DNA of 64,000 nucleotides from an uncultured delta proteobacterium (GTDB taxonomy: Bacteria; Myxococcota; B64-G9). Both the position numbers and the translations under genes were made by a program. Where the stretch lies: assembly GCA_963754925.1 (NCBI GenBank), contig CAVWHX010000003.1, positions 384,001-448,000 of the forward strand, given 5' to 3'. Below the pieces are notes generated by a model. That model saw nothing but the letters and a program-made list of their open reading frames with translations, did no database searches and was not told where the DNA came from. Positions 1 through 10,657 of the stretch are shown here, piece after piece; within the stretch, counting starts at the first letter, position 1; every line of letters begins with the position of its first letter.

Positions 1-613
1 TGGTCGCATCGAGATCGGCAATCCGGCCGCCGGCGTCCCACGCGTACGGGTGGCGCATAAATGCGATCTCACGGAGCCGTTCGAACGCCTTGGCAATGGG
101 GTGGTTCTCACGCTGGCGGATTTCCTCTTTGACGACCTCGCGCTCGGTGTTTATCATCTCGGGCCGAAAAAGCAGGTTCTGCATGCGCTCGGCCTCCAGC
201 CGTACGGCGAAGTCGAGATATTCCTTCGGCAGCGTGTCGTGGTAAGCGGTCAGGTCTTCGGTGGTAAAGGCGTTCACCTCGCCGCCGAGACGATCGATCA
301 GGCGCGCATGCTCCTCGGGCGGAACATGCGTGGTGCCTTTAAACATCATATGCTCGAACATATGAGCCGATCCGCGCCGGTCACGGGGCTCGTCTTTCGA
401 TCCGGCGTGATACCAAACCTGAACCGTAACCACCGGGGTCTTGTGGACGCCGACATAAATTACGTTCATCCCGTTCGCGAGTGTCCATTCCTTGATCTCA
501 GGTTTGGGAAAACCGGCCGCTTTTTTCTCGCCGGAGGCCGCCCACACCGGTAGTGCGATAACCACTATCCAACACATCAGTGCCCCTGCCCGGTGCCGGT
601 GTCGATTGCGCAT
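1..613 (-). CDS. M16 family (pitrilysin/insulinase) zinc peptidase, 3' end outside window
   Basis: Manual translation from ATG 613 (RBS GGAGGAG): signal peptide, then ...VWYHAGSKDE...GSAHMFEHMMFKGT...VNAFTTED; inverted HxxEH motif. Missing from the ORF track; 50..553(+) is its antisense shadow. Confidence 0.9.
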   Translation of the reverse strand, partial: MRNRHRHRAGALMCWIVVIALPVWAASGEKKAAGFPKPEIKEWTLANGMNVIYVGVHKTPVVTVQVWYHAGSKDEPRDRRGSAHMFEHMMFKGTTHVPPEEHARLIDRLGGEVNAFTTEDLTAYHDTLPKEYLDFAVRLEAERMQNLLFRPEMINTEREVVKEEIRQRENHPIAKAFERLREIAFMRHPYAWDAGGRIADLDAT

Positions 614-639
614 TACTCCTCCTTATTCAAATCCACTCG

Positions 640-1300
640 TTAGGGTGCGTGCGCACTGGATTCAAGCCACGAATTCAGCTCGCCGTATACTTTCTCGACC
701 TGTACGCGCTCGCGGAAGCGATCCGTATATCGAAAATTCAGCGCCTGGAGGCGGTGAACTAGTTCAAACGGCGATGGTCTTCCTTCCTTGCGGGAGCGTT
801 TGACAGCCTGCAGAATGATCTTCTTTGCTGAGCGTGGATGAAGGAGAAACGCTCCGGGAGAAAACACCAATTTATTATCGAGGGGAATGAGACGCGCCTC
901 AAGGATATCGCCTTTTTGCAAACCGATGACGTGACGTCGTTCGATGACTGATACGATCTCTCCGGTGAAAAGATCGCGCAAACCCAACCGCCCGGCTCCC
1001 AGTTTTAACCTCAAAGAGGCTGTTGATATTCCCGGCCATGCCGATGAACCGTGCGCGCTCTTCGGGCGCCAGTTCGGCACGGCGTACAAAGATCTGTAAC
1101 GGCGTTCCCTGGCCGCTGTCCATCGGTCGGTCGAAGACATACCAATTGAGAAAACAAAAGGTCAGCCGCTCGTACGATGGATCATCCTCGCGCAGGTCTT
1201 GAATCTGCTTGAAATACTCTTGGCGGGCGCGCTTGACCTCTTCTTCAAAGACGCCCCCCGCCATCTCAACCACAATCTGATCAATTGGGGTTTGCTCCAT
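640..1300 (-). CDS. Conserved hypothetical protein, split by a +1 frameshift at ~1003-1006
   Basis: ORF 899..1300 (..LNWYVFDRP..SLFEVK) joins ORF 640..1140 (LGAGRLGLRDLFTG..EARLIP..) if one A is removed from an A4 run. Confidence 0.7.
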
Positions 1301-1313
1301 AATCGTTACCTCC

Positions 1314-2630
1314 CTACTCTCGACCGTGAGCCTGGTGGCTCATCGGGCGACCATCAATCACGGTGTATCGAGCTCTTCCCCGCAACCGCCACCCAGAAAA
1401 CGGCGTATTGGCCGACCGGGACTGTAATCGGCGCGGCACAACGGTCCAGTACCGGTCCGGATCCCAGACGCAAAGGTCTGCGGCGGCGCCGGGCCGAAGG
1501 GTGCCGGCGTCGATACGCAATATTGTCGCGGGGCCGGCGGTCACCAATTCCACCGCACGCATGAGGGTTAGCTTTCGCTGCCAAACCAGGGAGAGCAGGA
1601 GGGGAAAAGCTGTCTCAAGCCCGATCATCCCAAAGGGAGCCGCCAAGAAATCCTGGCTTTTCGCGCTGCGCGTGTGTGGGGCATGATCGGTTGCCAGCGC
1701 GTCCACGGTTCCGTCAGCAAGCGCTTCCTGCAGGGCCCTCTGATCCCGGCGATCGCGCAGGGGCGGGTTAACCTTAAAGTTGGGATCCGGGCCCGTCTCC
1801 TGGCTGATCACGGGAATATCCGCATCCGCCAAGAATAGGTGGTGCGGCGTGACCTCACAGGTTACCGATAATCCCTGTTTCTTTGCCGCGCGGATCGCGT
1901 TCAGCGCTCTTTGGGTACTCACGTGTTGTATATGGAGCCGACCACCATTGGCTCGTAGCAATGCCACATCGCGCCGGACGCGCACCCATTCGGCGGCGGT
2001 CGAATATCCCGGCAACCCGAACGAGTCCGCCAGCCGACCGGCGTTCATGACGCCGCCGTTGCTCAACCGATGGTCTTCGCAGTGGACCAGTACCGGCAGG
2101 CCGACACGCGCTGTCTGTCGCAGCGCCCAAGCCAGCACCGAGCCCCTACGCGTGCCTTTTCCATCATCGGTGAGCGCGCCGGCGCCAGCCTGGATAAGCG
2201 CCTGGATATCTGTTGACTTTTGTCCTTCAAGTCCAACCGAAAGCGCTGCAGTCGGGGTTACCTTTATCAGCGCTCGACGTTTGATGCGGCCCAGGAGGTC
2301 GCGAACCCTCTCGGGACGATCGAGGACGGGATTGGTGTTCGGCATACACACCACTCTCGTGAAACCACCCGCGGCCGCGGCCCGGGTGCCGCTCGCGATC
2401 GATTCAGCCCTTACGTTTCCGGGCTCACGGAGATGGACGTGCAGATCAATCAAACCGGGTAACACCCACAGTCCCCGCGCGTCGATCACCGTGGCCGACT
2501 TCGGTACGCGGCTGCGGCGGCCGGCAAGCTCGAGAATACGGCCCTGCTCGATCACGACGTCGAGTTTCTTATCAAGCTTTTGAACCGGATCGATCACCCG
2601 TCCATTTCGGATTATCAGCAATGCCACCAC
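1314..2630 (-). CDS. pyrC: Dihydroorotase (type I)
   Basis: IDLHVHLREPG, MPNTNP, CEVTPHHL, KVNPPLR, ATDHAPH motifs. Confidence 0.95.
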   Translation of the reverse strand: MVALLIIRNGRVIDPVQKLDKKLDVVIEQGRILELAGRRSRVPKSATVIDARGLWVLPGLIDLHVHLREPGNVRAESIASGTRAAAAGGFTRVVCMPNTNPVLDRPERVRDLLGRIKRRALIKVTPTAALSVGLEGQKSTDIQALIQAGAGALTDDGKGTRRGSVLAWALRQTARVGLPVLVHCEDHRLSNGGVMNAGRLADSFGLPGYSTAAEWVRVRRDVALLRANGGRLHIQHVSTQRALNAIRAAKKQGLSVTCEVTPHHLFLADADIPVISQETGPDPNFKVNPPLRDRRDQRALQEALADGTVDALATDHAPHTRSAKSQDFLAAPFGMIGLETAFPLLLSLVWQRKLTLMRAVELVTAGPATILRIDAGTLRPGAAADLCVWDPDRYWTVVPRRLQSRSANTPFSGWRLRGRARYTVIDGRPMSHQAHGRE

Positions 2631-2789
2631 TCAGCTTTCCCTGCCGCGAACTGAAACGTCAACCGCGTATAAAAAAAACGAGATACCATCAACCCGCAGG
2701 AAATGCGGCAAACCCGCCTTAATCGTTTGTAACCGGAAACCCTCATGAAAAATATTTAAACCATTATTACAAAAAATGGAAAACTTTTA

Positions 2790-3542
2790 TTATTTGTTAC
2801 CGGGGGATCGCGGCGGAGCCCTGTCAGAAGGAAGAATAATTTCCCAATCGGTCCTGGTAATGGGGGGGCCTGCTTCCGGTTGCGACACGATATCCTGATA
2901 CCCCGGGTCGCCCCTATACCGGCGAGTCCGAGCGGACATCTCCTCGGCGTTGGCCATGAACATCATAAAGAATGCAAGCAGCAGCAACCACAGTGAATAG
3001 AAAGCGCCGATCACGGCAAGCACCAGGGCCAGGTAGCGCGCCACGCGAGCTGCGATGCTCGTGGCACGGTAATATCCCATCTTTCGCGCGAGATAGGCGC
3101 GCAGGACGCGGCCGCCATCCATCGGCAGCGCGGGAATTAAGTTAAAAACTTCCAGCATCATATTTATCTCGGTCAATACCAAAAACGCTGTTTTATCGCT
3201 CAGCCATCCTACCAACAAAAAAAATACCCCCAGCGCCACGCTCACCACCGGACCGGCGATGGCCATGCGGATTTCTTCCGCAGCCGTACGCGGAGGCACC
3301 AGCATGCGCGCCATACCGCCAAACGGGTACAGCGATATATCGATGATGGGCAGTCCCACCGAACGAGCCACCAGGGCATGGCCTAATTCATGAGCAATAA
3401 CCGAGGCAAATACCGCAACGATCAAAAGCAATCCAAACCATCCGCCTCCCCACGTGAATATAATCCCGAGAAAAAACAAAAGGGTTACATGTACTCGAAT
3501 CGGAAAACCCAGCAGCGAACCTATTCGAAACGACCACGGCAT
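2790..3542 (-). CDS. Site-2 protease (peptidase M50)
   Basis: HELGH, AGP and NLIPALPMDGGR motifs; several TM segments; probable start MPWSF. Confidence 0.9.
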   Translation of the reverse strand: MPWSFRIGSLLGFPIRVHVTLLFFLGIIFTWGGGWFGLLLIVAVFASVIAHELGHALVARSVGLPIIDISLYPFGGMARMLVPPRTAAEEIRMAIAGPVVSVALGVFFLLVGWLSDKTAFLVLTEINMMLEVFNLIPALPMDGGRVLRAYLARKMGYYRATSIAARVARYLALVLAVIGAFYSLWLLLLAFFMMFMANAEEMSARTRRYRGDPGYQDIVSQPEAGPPITRTDWEIILPSDRAPPRSPGNK

Positions 3543-3661
3543 TTGACCCCTCTTCACCAACATTATAGTTCTTTGGCATCCCGAAGCAATTCAATCTCTT
3601 GCTCGTTTTGTACCTTCATGGTAGAAGGTCGTGCTTTGAAGGTAGTATGAGGGAGTAATCG

Positions 3662-5119
3662 ATGGCAGAAGGGAATGACGAAAAAGGCGAACGAGGAAAG
3701 AAGGAAATTGAAGAGGCCGAACGAGCCGAGTTTCTCGCCGCCATGGAGCAGGATTTTGACGCCGTCCCAACCGACCAAGGAGAGATGGTCAAAGGCGTCA
3801 TCCTTTCGATCGGTAAAGATTTCGCGTTCGTTGATCTTGGCGGTAAGAGCGAAGGCACCATAGCAGTCGATGAGCTTCGTAATGAAGACGGCACGCTTCC
3901 GCCGATCGGTTCTCATATAGAAGCCTGCGTTCTGTCTCAGGGGGCGGACGGCCTGGTGTTGAGCAAGCGGCTCGCCAAAGGCATCCGCTCGCGCGAACAC
4001 CTCGGCGAGGCTTTCCGCAACAAGATCCCGGTTGAAGGTCGTGTGATCTCACGCAACAAGGGTGGCTTTGATATCGAAGTTGCCGGCGTGCGCGGCTTCT
4101 GCGCGATCAGCCAAATCGAGCTGCGTTTCTGCGAGGAACCGGACTCCCACCTCGGTAAGCGGTATAACTTCCTCATCACGAAATTCGAAACCGTTGGCCG
4201 GCGACAGGATCTCGTGCTTTCCCGCCGCACCATATTGGAGGCCGAGGCACGAAAGCGCGCCGAGGAACTCCGCAAGACTCTTAAGGTGGGCGATATTCTC
4301 CCGGGCACCGTGCGGAACATCCGCGATTTTGGCGCCTTTATCGACCTCGGCGGGATCGACGGCATGCTGCCCGTATCGGAGTTGTCCTACGCTCGGGTCA
4401 ACCATCCCCGCGATGTTCTGAAAGAGGGTGAAGAGATCCACGTTCAGGTACTCGGCATCGAGCGCGGCGGCGAGCGCATCACCCTCAGCCTCAAGCGCCT
4501 CGAGGCCGACCCGTGGGAGGACGCCGTGCGCGCTTTTCCGGTGGGGTTTCGAGCCACGGGCGTTGTTTCCAAGCTGGCGCCCTTTGGGGCTTTTGTCGAG
4601 CTTCTGCCGGGTGTGGATGGACTGATTCACATCTCCAACTTGAATGCTCCGGAGCGGATAACCCATCCCGAAGCAATCGTGAAAGAGGGCCAAGAGGTAC
4701 AGGTTGAGGTGCTTACGATCGACCCTTCTCAGCGCCGGATTGGCCTCAAGCGCATTCCAGCCGAGGGTGAGTTCGGCAGCATTCCCCTGGTCGGGCAGGT
4801 CGTCGAGGGCACGGTCGATAAAGCCATGCCTTTTGGCGTCTTCGTCACCATCGGCCGAGGTCGAAAAGGTCTGGTGCCCAATAGCGAGCTGGGCACGCCC
4901 AAAAGCTCCGACACCAACAAACTGTTCCCGTCGGGCGCTCCGGTCAGGGCCTTGGTTCAGGAGGTAACCGATAACGGCAAAAAAATTCGGTTGAGTATCA
5001 AAGCCGCGGTGGAGGCCGAGGAACGAGCCGACTTCGAGGGCTTTATCGAAAATAAAAACACTGCCGCTCATGGCTTTGGCACGTTGGGGGATCTACTCAA
5101 AGGGAGGAATAAAACATGA
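3662..5119 (+). CDS. S1 RNA-binding multi-domain protein (RpsA-like paralogue)
   Basis: Repeated S1 motifs ([38 protein letters not shown]); C-terminal FGTLGDLL. Confidence 0.88.
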   Translation: MAEGNDEKGERGKKEIEEAERAEFLAAMEQDFDAVPTDQGEMVKGVILSIGKDFAFVDLGGKSEGTIAVDELRNEDGTLPPIGSHIEACVLSQGADGLVLSKRLAKGIRSREHLGEAFRNKIPVEGRVISRNKGGFDIEVAGVRGFCAISQIELRFCEEPDSHLGKRYNFLITKFETVGRRQDLVLSRRTILEAEARKRAEELRKTLKVGDILPGTVRNIRDFGAFIDLGGIDGMLPVSELSYARVNHPRDVLKEGEEIHVQVLGIERGGERITLSLKRLEADPWEDAVRAFPVGFRATGVVSKLAPFGAFVELLPGVDGLIHISNLNAPERITHPEAIVKEGQEVQVEVLTIDPSQRRIGLKRIPAEGEFGSIPLVGQVVEGTVDKAMPFGVFVTIGRGRKGLVPNSELGTPKSSDTNKLFPSGAPVRALVQEVTDNGKKIRLSIKAAVEAEERADFEGFIENKNTAAHGFGTLGDLLKGRNKT

Positions 5120-5682
5120 AAGGAGCGCTTATTATCATGCTGACATTCGCTTTCGCGGCGGTTAAGGATGCTTCGGCCGCCGAAAAAGACAACCCCGTGA
5201 TCGTGATAAAAACCAACAAGGGAGTGATTGAAGCCGAGCTATTCAAAGACAAGGCGCCCATCTCGGTCGAGAACGTTATTCAGTACATCAAGAGTAAATA
5301 CTACCATGGCACCGTCTTTCATCGGGTGATTCCCAACTTCATGATTCAAGGCGGCGGCTTCGATGCCAACCTTAAGCAAAAAGCCACCCGTGCGCCGATT
5401 AAGAACGAGGCCGCAAACGGCCTGAAGAACGAACGGGGCACCCTGGCCATGGCTCGCACGTCGGTAGTCGACTCGGCCACCTCGCAATTTTTCATTAATC
5501 TCAAAGACAACTCCTTCCTCGATCACGGCACGCGCGATTTCGGGTACGCCGTATTCGGCAAAGTGATTGCCGGAATGAACGTCGTCGATGCGATCGCGTC
5601 GGTGCGCACAGGCGCCAAAGGCCCTTTTAATCAGGATTGTCCCCTCGAGGATGTCGTCATCGAGTCGATACAGGTGAAATAA
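5116..5682 (+). CDS. ppiA: Periplasmic cyclophilin-type peptidyl-prolyl isomerase
   Basis: Signal peptide; [40 protein letters not shown]. Confidence 0.93.
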   Translation: MKGALIIMLTFAFAAVKDASAAEKDNPVIVIKTNKGVIEAELFKDKAPISVENVIQYIKSKYYHGTVFHRVIPNFMIQGGGFDANLKQKATRAPIKNEAANGLKNERGTLAMARTSVVDSATSQFFINLKDNSFLDHGTRDFGYAVFGKVIAGMNVVDAIASVRTGAKGPFNQDCPLEDVVIESIQVK

Positions 5683-5737
5683 GAGGCTGTTAGCGAGCGA
5701 AGCGAGCGTTACAGCCTCTTATCCCCGTCAGGGGATT
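5680..5737 (+). repeat. Stop-codon-anchored double-hairpin repeat, copy A
   Basis: AGAGGCTGTTAGCGAGCGAAGCGAGCGTTACAGCCTCT then TCCCCgtcaGGGGA; homologous to 54037-54090 and 10597-10657. Confidence 0.85.
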
Positions 5738-5772
5738 AGAATTAGGTCAGAGCGAAGCGAACGCTACAACCT

Positions 5773-6939
5773 TTATAAGTTGCCGCGCGCCGTGTGGGTA
5801 TCGTCCAACTGCTTATCGAGCGTATCGCGGTGGGCGTTGAAAGCTTTCAGATCGTCGCCTTCCAGCTTCTGGCGGTACGTCTTATGCACCTTGAACGGAT
5901 TGAGCAGCCGCCCTGAGGAATCTTCAAGTTGATAATGCAAATGCGGGGCGGTCGAGTGGCCGGTGTTGCCGGTTAGAGCGATAACCGTGCCCGGTTGCAG
6001 CATCGACCCGGGCACGACCACGGGTAGAATTTGACTGAGATGTAAAAACGTCGCCTTGATGCCCTTATCCACAAAAAGCATCTCCAAGCAGTTGCCGTTC
6101 GCACGAGTCTGCCAGTTCCTTCGCAGCACTTGCGCCCGAAACGGATTGACCACTTCGGTCCCCATATCGGTTTTGAAATCCACCCCGCGGTGCCGAGCTC
6201 GCCCCGACAAATTGAGAAGCTCGGTGACCTGCTCATATTCCGCCAGGGGTCCATTTTCGAGCCGCTGTTCGATTTCGGTTCCGCCTTCGTCGTAGTAGCG
6301 ACCATAACGCCCGGCCGGCCGCTTGAAGAAATAGGTGCGAAACACCTGATTGGTTTTGCTGGTGACAAAACGCATGGCCAATACGCGCAGTTCACCAGGT
6401 CCGGTGGTGGGTTCGTACAGCACGGTCAGTCGGTCTCCGGGCAGCATATCGCGCCGCATGTTAACCCACCACAACAAGATGCGGCCGAGTTGGGCGGTCA
6501 GCAGATCGGCTTCACGAGCATCAAGCTTGCTCCCCAGGGTAGCGGCGAGGGAACCGGATATCGTTAAGTCGAGCCGGCGTATCTTCTTTGCCGCTGATTG
6601 AGCTTCCGGCGGCGTTGGCGGCGCAACCGGGGAGGCGGACGGCGCGGTTGATGACGCCGGCACCGGCGCCGGTGCGGGAGCCGGCGCGGCAGGAACCGGG
6701 CCACCGGTTGAATCAGCAGGCTGAGCTTCCTGCACGATATTCGCCGGCACGGAAGCAGCTCGTCCTTCCGCCGGCACGCGAGGGATCTCTTCAAACGCAG
6801 TGAAGCGACCCGCAAAGAACCCCGCCACCCCGCCGAGCAGCAGGCAGGCCACCAAGATAACGACGTACCAGACGCGGCTTGCCGAACGCCGGTCACCTAA
6901 CTTTGACACGGGATGTAGAACCGACACGGAATTCCCCAA
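5773..6939 (-). CDS. M23 family metallopeptidase
   Basis: N-terminal TM, Pro/Ala linker, HRGVD, FLHL, GNTGHSTAPHLHY. Confidence 0.9.
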   Translation of the reverse strand: MGNSVSVLHPVSKLGDRRSASRVWYVVILVACLLLGGVAGFFAGRFTAFEEIPRVPAEGRAASVPANIVQEAQPADSTGGPVPAAPAPAPAPVPASSTAPSASPVAPPTPPEAQSAAKKIRRLDLTISGSLAATLGSKLDAREADLLTAQLGRILLWWVNMRRDMLPGDRLTVLYEPTTGPGELRVLAMRFVTSKTNQVFRTYFFKRPAGRYGRYYDEGGTEIEQRLENGPLAEYEQVTELLNLSGRARHRGVDFKTDMGTEVVNPFRAQVLRRNWQTRANGNCLEMLFVDKGIKATFLHLSQILPVVVPGSMLQPGTVIALTGNTGHSTAPHLHYQLEDSSGRLLNPFKVHKTYRQKLEGDDLKAFNAHRDTLDKQLDDTHTARGNL

Positions 6940-6942
6940 CGG

Positions 6943-8136
6943 TTAGTGGTCAGCATGGATGACCCGGTTTCGACCGTTCTGTTTGGCCCGACCGAGGGCT
7001 TCGTTGGCCATTTGAACTATCCGCGCGGCATCGAGCCGCCCGGCTGGAAGCCATGCAACCCCAATGCTGACGGTAATCTCGCCCACCGAGCAACCGCCAA
7101 TTATATGGGTGGCTATATGCGTGCGTAGTTTTTCCGCCACCTGACCGCTTTCCTCCTCGGTAGCTCCGCCGGTGAGGAGTATTGCAAACTCTTCTCCCCC
7201 AAAGCGCGCGACCAGGTCCTCAGAACGAACGCGCTCCCGTAAGAGCGCGGCGAGTTCCCTAAGAACCAGATCGCCGCGATCGGAGCCGTGGTGGTGATTG
7301 CATTCTCGGAAATGATCTATGTCGAAGAGCAACAGCGAAAGCGATCGGTCGCTGAGCTCCGCGCGACTTATTTCCTGCGTCAAGCGCAACTCGAAGTGGC
7401 GCCGATTGAGCACCCCGGTCAGACCGTCGAGAGAAAGCATCTCTTTGTAGCGCTGGTGTATCCGCGCCCGATCAATGGCAATAGCCGCCAAGTTGCCTAA
7501 AATGGTTAGGTTGGAAAGTCGCTCATCGGTTATCGGACTTTTGGTGTAGGTATTGTCGGCCAGGATCACCCCTAACATGAGATCGTTGCTCATCACGGGA
7601 ACAACCGCCAGATTGGTTACGGTAAGCACCTGGCCACCGCCAGCCGGCGGCGGTTGATAAACAGCTCGTATCGTGTTGGAGAAAAATGGTTCTCGAGAAG
7701 CGGCGCATCGGGCGATGAGAGCCTGAACCAGAATGTCCTCGCCTTCATTGAGAGGCGGCACCGAGTTCGCCGTGAGAGGAACGATAAAACCGGTAAGGCG
7801 CTGGGCTAACACATGTTCCGAAGGGTTTTTGAGAGCGGCTTCGAAAGACTCAAACAGATAGGGCACGTTCAGCCGCTTGCCAGCCGTCCGCTTCCGCATA
7901 CGTTTGGCATCAGCTTCGCTCGCTGATCCCACTGCGGCCGAGGCATACAACTCTTTGCCATCGGGGCGAGCCAAAAAGAGAAACGCGCGGTCAAATCCAA
8001 GGCCATCTCCGTGAGTGATGCAGATGAGAATGCTGTAGAGGATAGGATCAAGATCCTGCTTCATCAGCATGGCCTGGGTGACAACAAGTTGGAGTTGTCG
8101 TTCCCTGAGTAACTGTTTCTCTCCTGCTGTGGCCAT
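6943..8136 (-). CDS. GAF-GGDEF diguanylate cyclase
   Basis: DGLTGVLNRR, DIDHF, RSED I-site, RFGGEEF, AKQNGRNR; GAF-like N-terminal region. Confidence 0.9.
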   Translation of the reverse strand: MATAGEKQLLRERQLQLVVTQAMLMKQDLDPILYSILICITHGDGLGFDRAFLFLARPDGKELYASAAVGSASEADAKRMRKRTAGKRLNVPYLFESFEAALKNPSEHVLAQRLTGFIVPLTANSVPPLNEGEDILVQALIARCAASREPFFSNTIRAVYQPPPAGGGQVLTVTNLAVVPVMSNDLMLGVILADNTYTKSPITDERLSNLTILGNLAAIAIDRARIHQRYKEMLSLDGLTGVLNRRHFELRLTQEISRAELSDRSLSLLLFDIDHFRECNHHHGSDRGDLVLRELAALLRERVRSEDLVARFGGEEFAILLTGGATEEESGQVAEKLRTHIATHIIGGCSVGEITVSIGVAWLPAGRLDAARIVQMANEALGRAKQNGRNRVIHADH

Positions 8137-8235
8137 CTCAATTCCCCATGCACCGCCCAATACCCGCCGGTGCGTGTGCCAGCATAGCGACGAGCACTAT
8201 GATTGTCCAGACTTTATAGAACGGCAGCTGATTTG

Positions 8236-10494
8236 CTAAGATTTAAAGCGCTTTTGAAGCAGGAAGGCCATCGCCGCTTTGGCGCACGCATCGCAGTACC
8301 CAAAGCGCGCGGTAAGCGTCTCCTGCATATGGTGGGCGATCTCTCGTTCTTTGACATCGAGTTCCTGTCCATCCATATACTGGAGGAAGTTTTTGTAGTT
8401 ACGTTGAATGACGGTCCGGCGCTTGTCGAAAAAATCCTCCCGCAAGCGATCAAAGAAAGCCGGAAACACGCGGGCGTAGTCCGGCTGGCCCCCGACTACC
8501 AAGCCCTTCTCGCGCGCCTCCAGCGAAAAGGCACCGATGCGGGACACCAGAGTCCTGCGGAAGGTCTCTTCGTTCTCGCTCGCCGGTTTAATGATCGCCT
8601 CGACCTCCTTGAGCAAGTCTTTATCCGGCTGAACATAGGCCCCGGTAATCGAGTCGAGCATGGTTTCGTTGCGTAGCTTGTGGGTAAGGTGTTGAACATA
8701 GCGCTGAAAGAGTTCAAGGTAGCTGCGCTGGGTGACCATACCCATGGCTTCGCCCGCTTCGTCCTCAAGCAAATCGAGGTAGAACGTCTCGATTTCCTGA
8801 AGCAACTTCGGTTGATCGAAATAATCACCATCAGGCTCGCGCTGCAGGAATTCATAGACCGTTTTGTCCTCGGCCATTGAACGGATCTCTTCGAACAAGC
8901 CGAGAGGGGTGACGCAGGTTGAGTCGGCGCGCTGAGAAGTGTTCATCAGCAGCGTGCGCACCTCGCGGGCCGAGGCGCCGCTACGGCCTTCGTAATCGTG
9001 GCCGGCCTGGCGATAGATCTCCGGACATGCGTTTTGCAGCTCCCTGGCGAGGGCAGATGAAAGGCGCGCCGGTGCTTCACCGCGATCATAGAGCGCCGCC
9101 TTTTCAAAGGGGGTCAGGTGTTGCAATACCGTACTGATTTCGCCCGTAAACGCAGAAGGATCCGGCTTACGCAGGCGCGAAAGCACCGCCCACAGCGACG
9201 CCAATTCCAAGGTGTGCGGGGCCAGGTGCCGGTTGAGGGAGCGTTCAAATACCGGGTCGCGGTAAATCTGGATCTCGTCCGAGACGCGCCGAAGGTAGGG
9301 AACGCGCACCAACTCAAGCCGCCCCTTAAAAGATGCAAAATCGGTATAGGTTTTAAACGAGTCAAGCATCATCTCGTTGGTGCTGCCGATGAAAACCGTA
9401 TCAAGAAATAGTGTCGAGCGATCGAGGGTTACCTGGCCGTTCTCACAGGTGACCAAAAGGTATTTGAACGTGTCGATCGGCCGTTTCAGTAAATCATTGT
9501 ATTCCAGCAGACCGCGGTTGGCGTCGACCAGGGCGCCCTGCGGTTGGTACAACGCGAGATGAGCGATCGCCGACGGCAGCGAGCCCAGGCCTCGCGAGGA
9601 GGTCAACTGTTGCTCGTGGGCATCGACATGAAGCTGCGGTTCGACCGTGGCCACCCCAAAACGATAGCGCAGCGATATGGGCATACGCTGCACCTGGACG
9701 TGGCGCAGCACCGCCTGGATGTCACCTCCATACGAGGCTCTGAGCGCATCGTGGATCTGCCGACACTTCGGACAAAGGTCGCCCCGCAATAAGTAGTCCG
9801 GGATGACATGTTCTGCGCTGAGCACGCCCTGCTCGCGCAATCGGCTAAAGAGCGCCGCGCGCTCCTCGATGGGGATGAGCAGCAGCGGGTGGTCCTTCAG
9901 CTCGCACTCAAGCACCGCATCGAGCTGTTCGCCGGGCACATGAGCATAACTATCTATTTCGTGCGATTCCGGGTCTGTTCCCGTATCGCCGAAACCAATT
10001 TGTACATGTGAGATTTTTTCGGACGGGAACAGCCACCGAAAGCGGTACAATGCGCCCGCCGGGGTGGTGGAGTAGTGCTCCATCCCTCGAATGATAGCGT
10101 GGATGAGCGACGTCTTCGCTGAACCGTTCGGCCCGTGCAATAGTATCAGCCTGTTGATCCGTCCCTCGCGGGCGAAGTTATTGAGCAGTTGATAGATCGC
10201 GAGCTGCGCCTCCTCCTGCCCGGCTACCCGGCCCACGCCCCCGCAAAATTCGCTGTCGAAGAGACGAAAGCGACGCAATTCCCCGACGGGCGATTGAATA
10301 GTCTCGACACCGAAATGATCGAAGGTGTCGCGAATATACTGGGCAGACCCGCGGCACTGTTGACCGGCGTTTTCAGCGAAGTAGCGCACATACTCGCCGA
10401 AACTCATCGGTTGGCCTTCGCGATCGTAGATCGATTGGATCTGTTCTGTGATTTGGGAGACAAGATCGTTTTCTGGCATTATGCCCTCGAACAT
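8236..10494 (-). CDS. PrkA/YeaG-family AAA+ serine kinase
   Basis: Walker A LHGPNGSAKTS, GALVDANRGLLEYNDLLKRP, C-terminal FGYC..CA. Confidence 0.85.
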   Translation of the reverse strand: MFEGIMPENDLVSQITEQIQSIYDREGQPMSFGEYVRYFAENAGQQCRGSAQYIRDTFDHFGVETIQSPVGELRRFRLFDSEFCGGVGRVAGQEEAQLAIYQLLNNFAREGRINRLILLHGPNGSAKTSLIHAIIRGMEHYSTTPAGALYRFRWLFPSEKISHVQIGFGDTGTDPESHEIDSYAHVPGEQLDAVLECELKDHPLLLIPIEERAALFSRLREQGVLSAEHVIPDYLLRGDLCPKCRQIHDALRASYGGDIQAVLRHVQVQRMPISLRYRFGVATVEPQLHVDAHEQQLTSSRGLGSLPSAIAHLALYQPQGALVDANRGLLEYNDLLKRPIDTFKYLLVTCENGQVTLDRSTLFLDTVFIGSTNEMMLDSFKTYTDFASFKGRLELVRVPYLRRVSDEIQIYRDPVFERSLNRHLAPHTLELASLWAVLSRLRKPDPSAFTGEISTVLQHLTPFEKAALYDRGEAPARLSSALARELQNACPEIYRQAGHDYEGRSGASAREVRTLLMNTSQRADSTCVTPLGLFEEIRSMAEDKTVYEFLQREPDGDYFDQPKLLQEIETFYLDLLEDEAGEAMGMVTQRSYLELFQRYVQHLTHKLRNETMLDSITGAYVQPDKDLLKEVEAIIKPASENEETFRRTLVSRIGAFSLEAREKGLVVGGQPDYARVFPAFFDRLREDFFDKRRTVIQRNYKNFLQYMDGQELDVKEREIAHHMQETLTARFGYCDACAKAAMAFLLQKRFKS

Positions 10495-10549
10495 TAAGAT
10501 AAGTATCTACTATTTATCAAAAAGACCAATAAAAGCCATTTTTTAGTCG

Positions 10550-10577
10550 GTAGGGGCGGTTCATGAACCGCCCCGAC
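10550..10577 (+). repeat. GTAG-type REP-like palindrome
   Basis: GTAGGGGCGGTTCATGAACCGCCCCGAC; perfect 22-bp inverted repeat starting at the last G of GTAG. Confidence 0.7.
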
Positions 10578-10596
10578 GTTCGGCAACAATCTCTAA

Positions 10597-10657
10597 CCCC
10601 TGTCGCTTTGCTCCAGGGATAAGAGACTGTAACTCCCTTCGGTCGTAACAGTCTCTA
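10597..10657 (-). repeat. Stop-codon-anchored double-hairpin repeat, copy B
   Basis: Minus strand TAGAGACTGTTA..GTTACAGTCTCTTATCCCTG..CAGGG, beginning at the TAG of the kelch gene. Confidence 0.75.

Noticed and set aside
50..553. 167-aa plus-strand ORF and similar long antisense ORFs (e.g. 4049-5071, 23214-24068, 35297-36316)
   Set aside because: Shadows or alternative frames of well-supported genes in GC-rich DNA, with no motifs.
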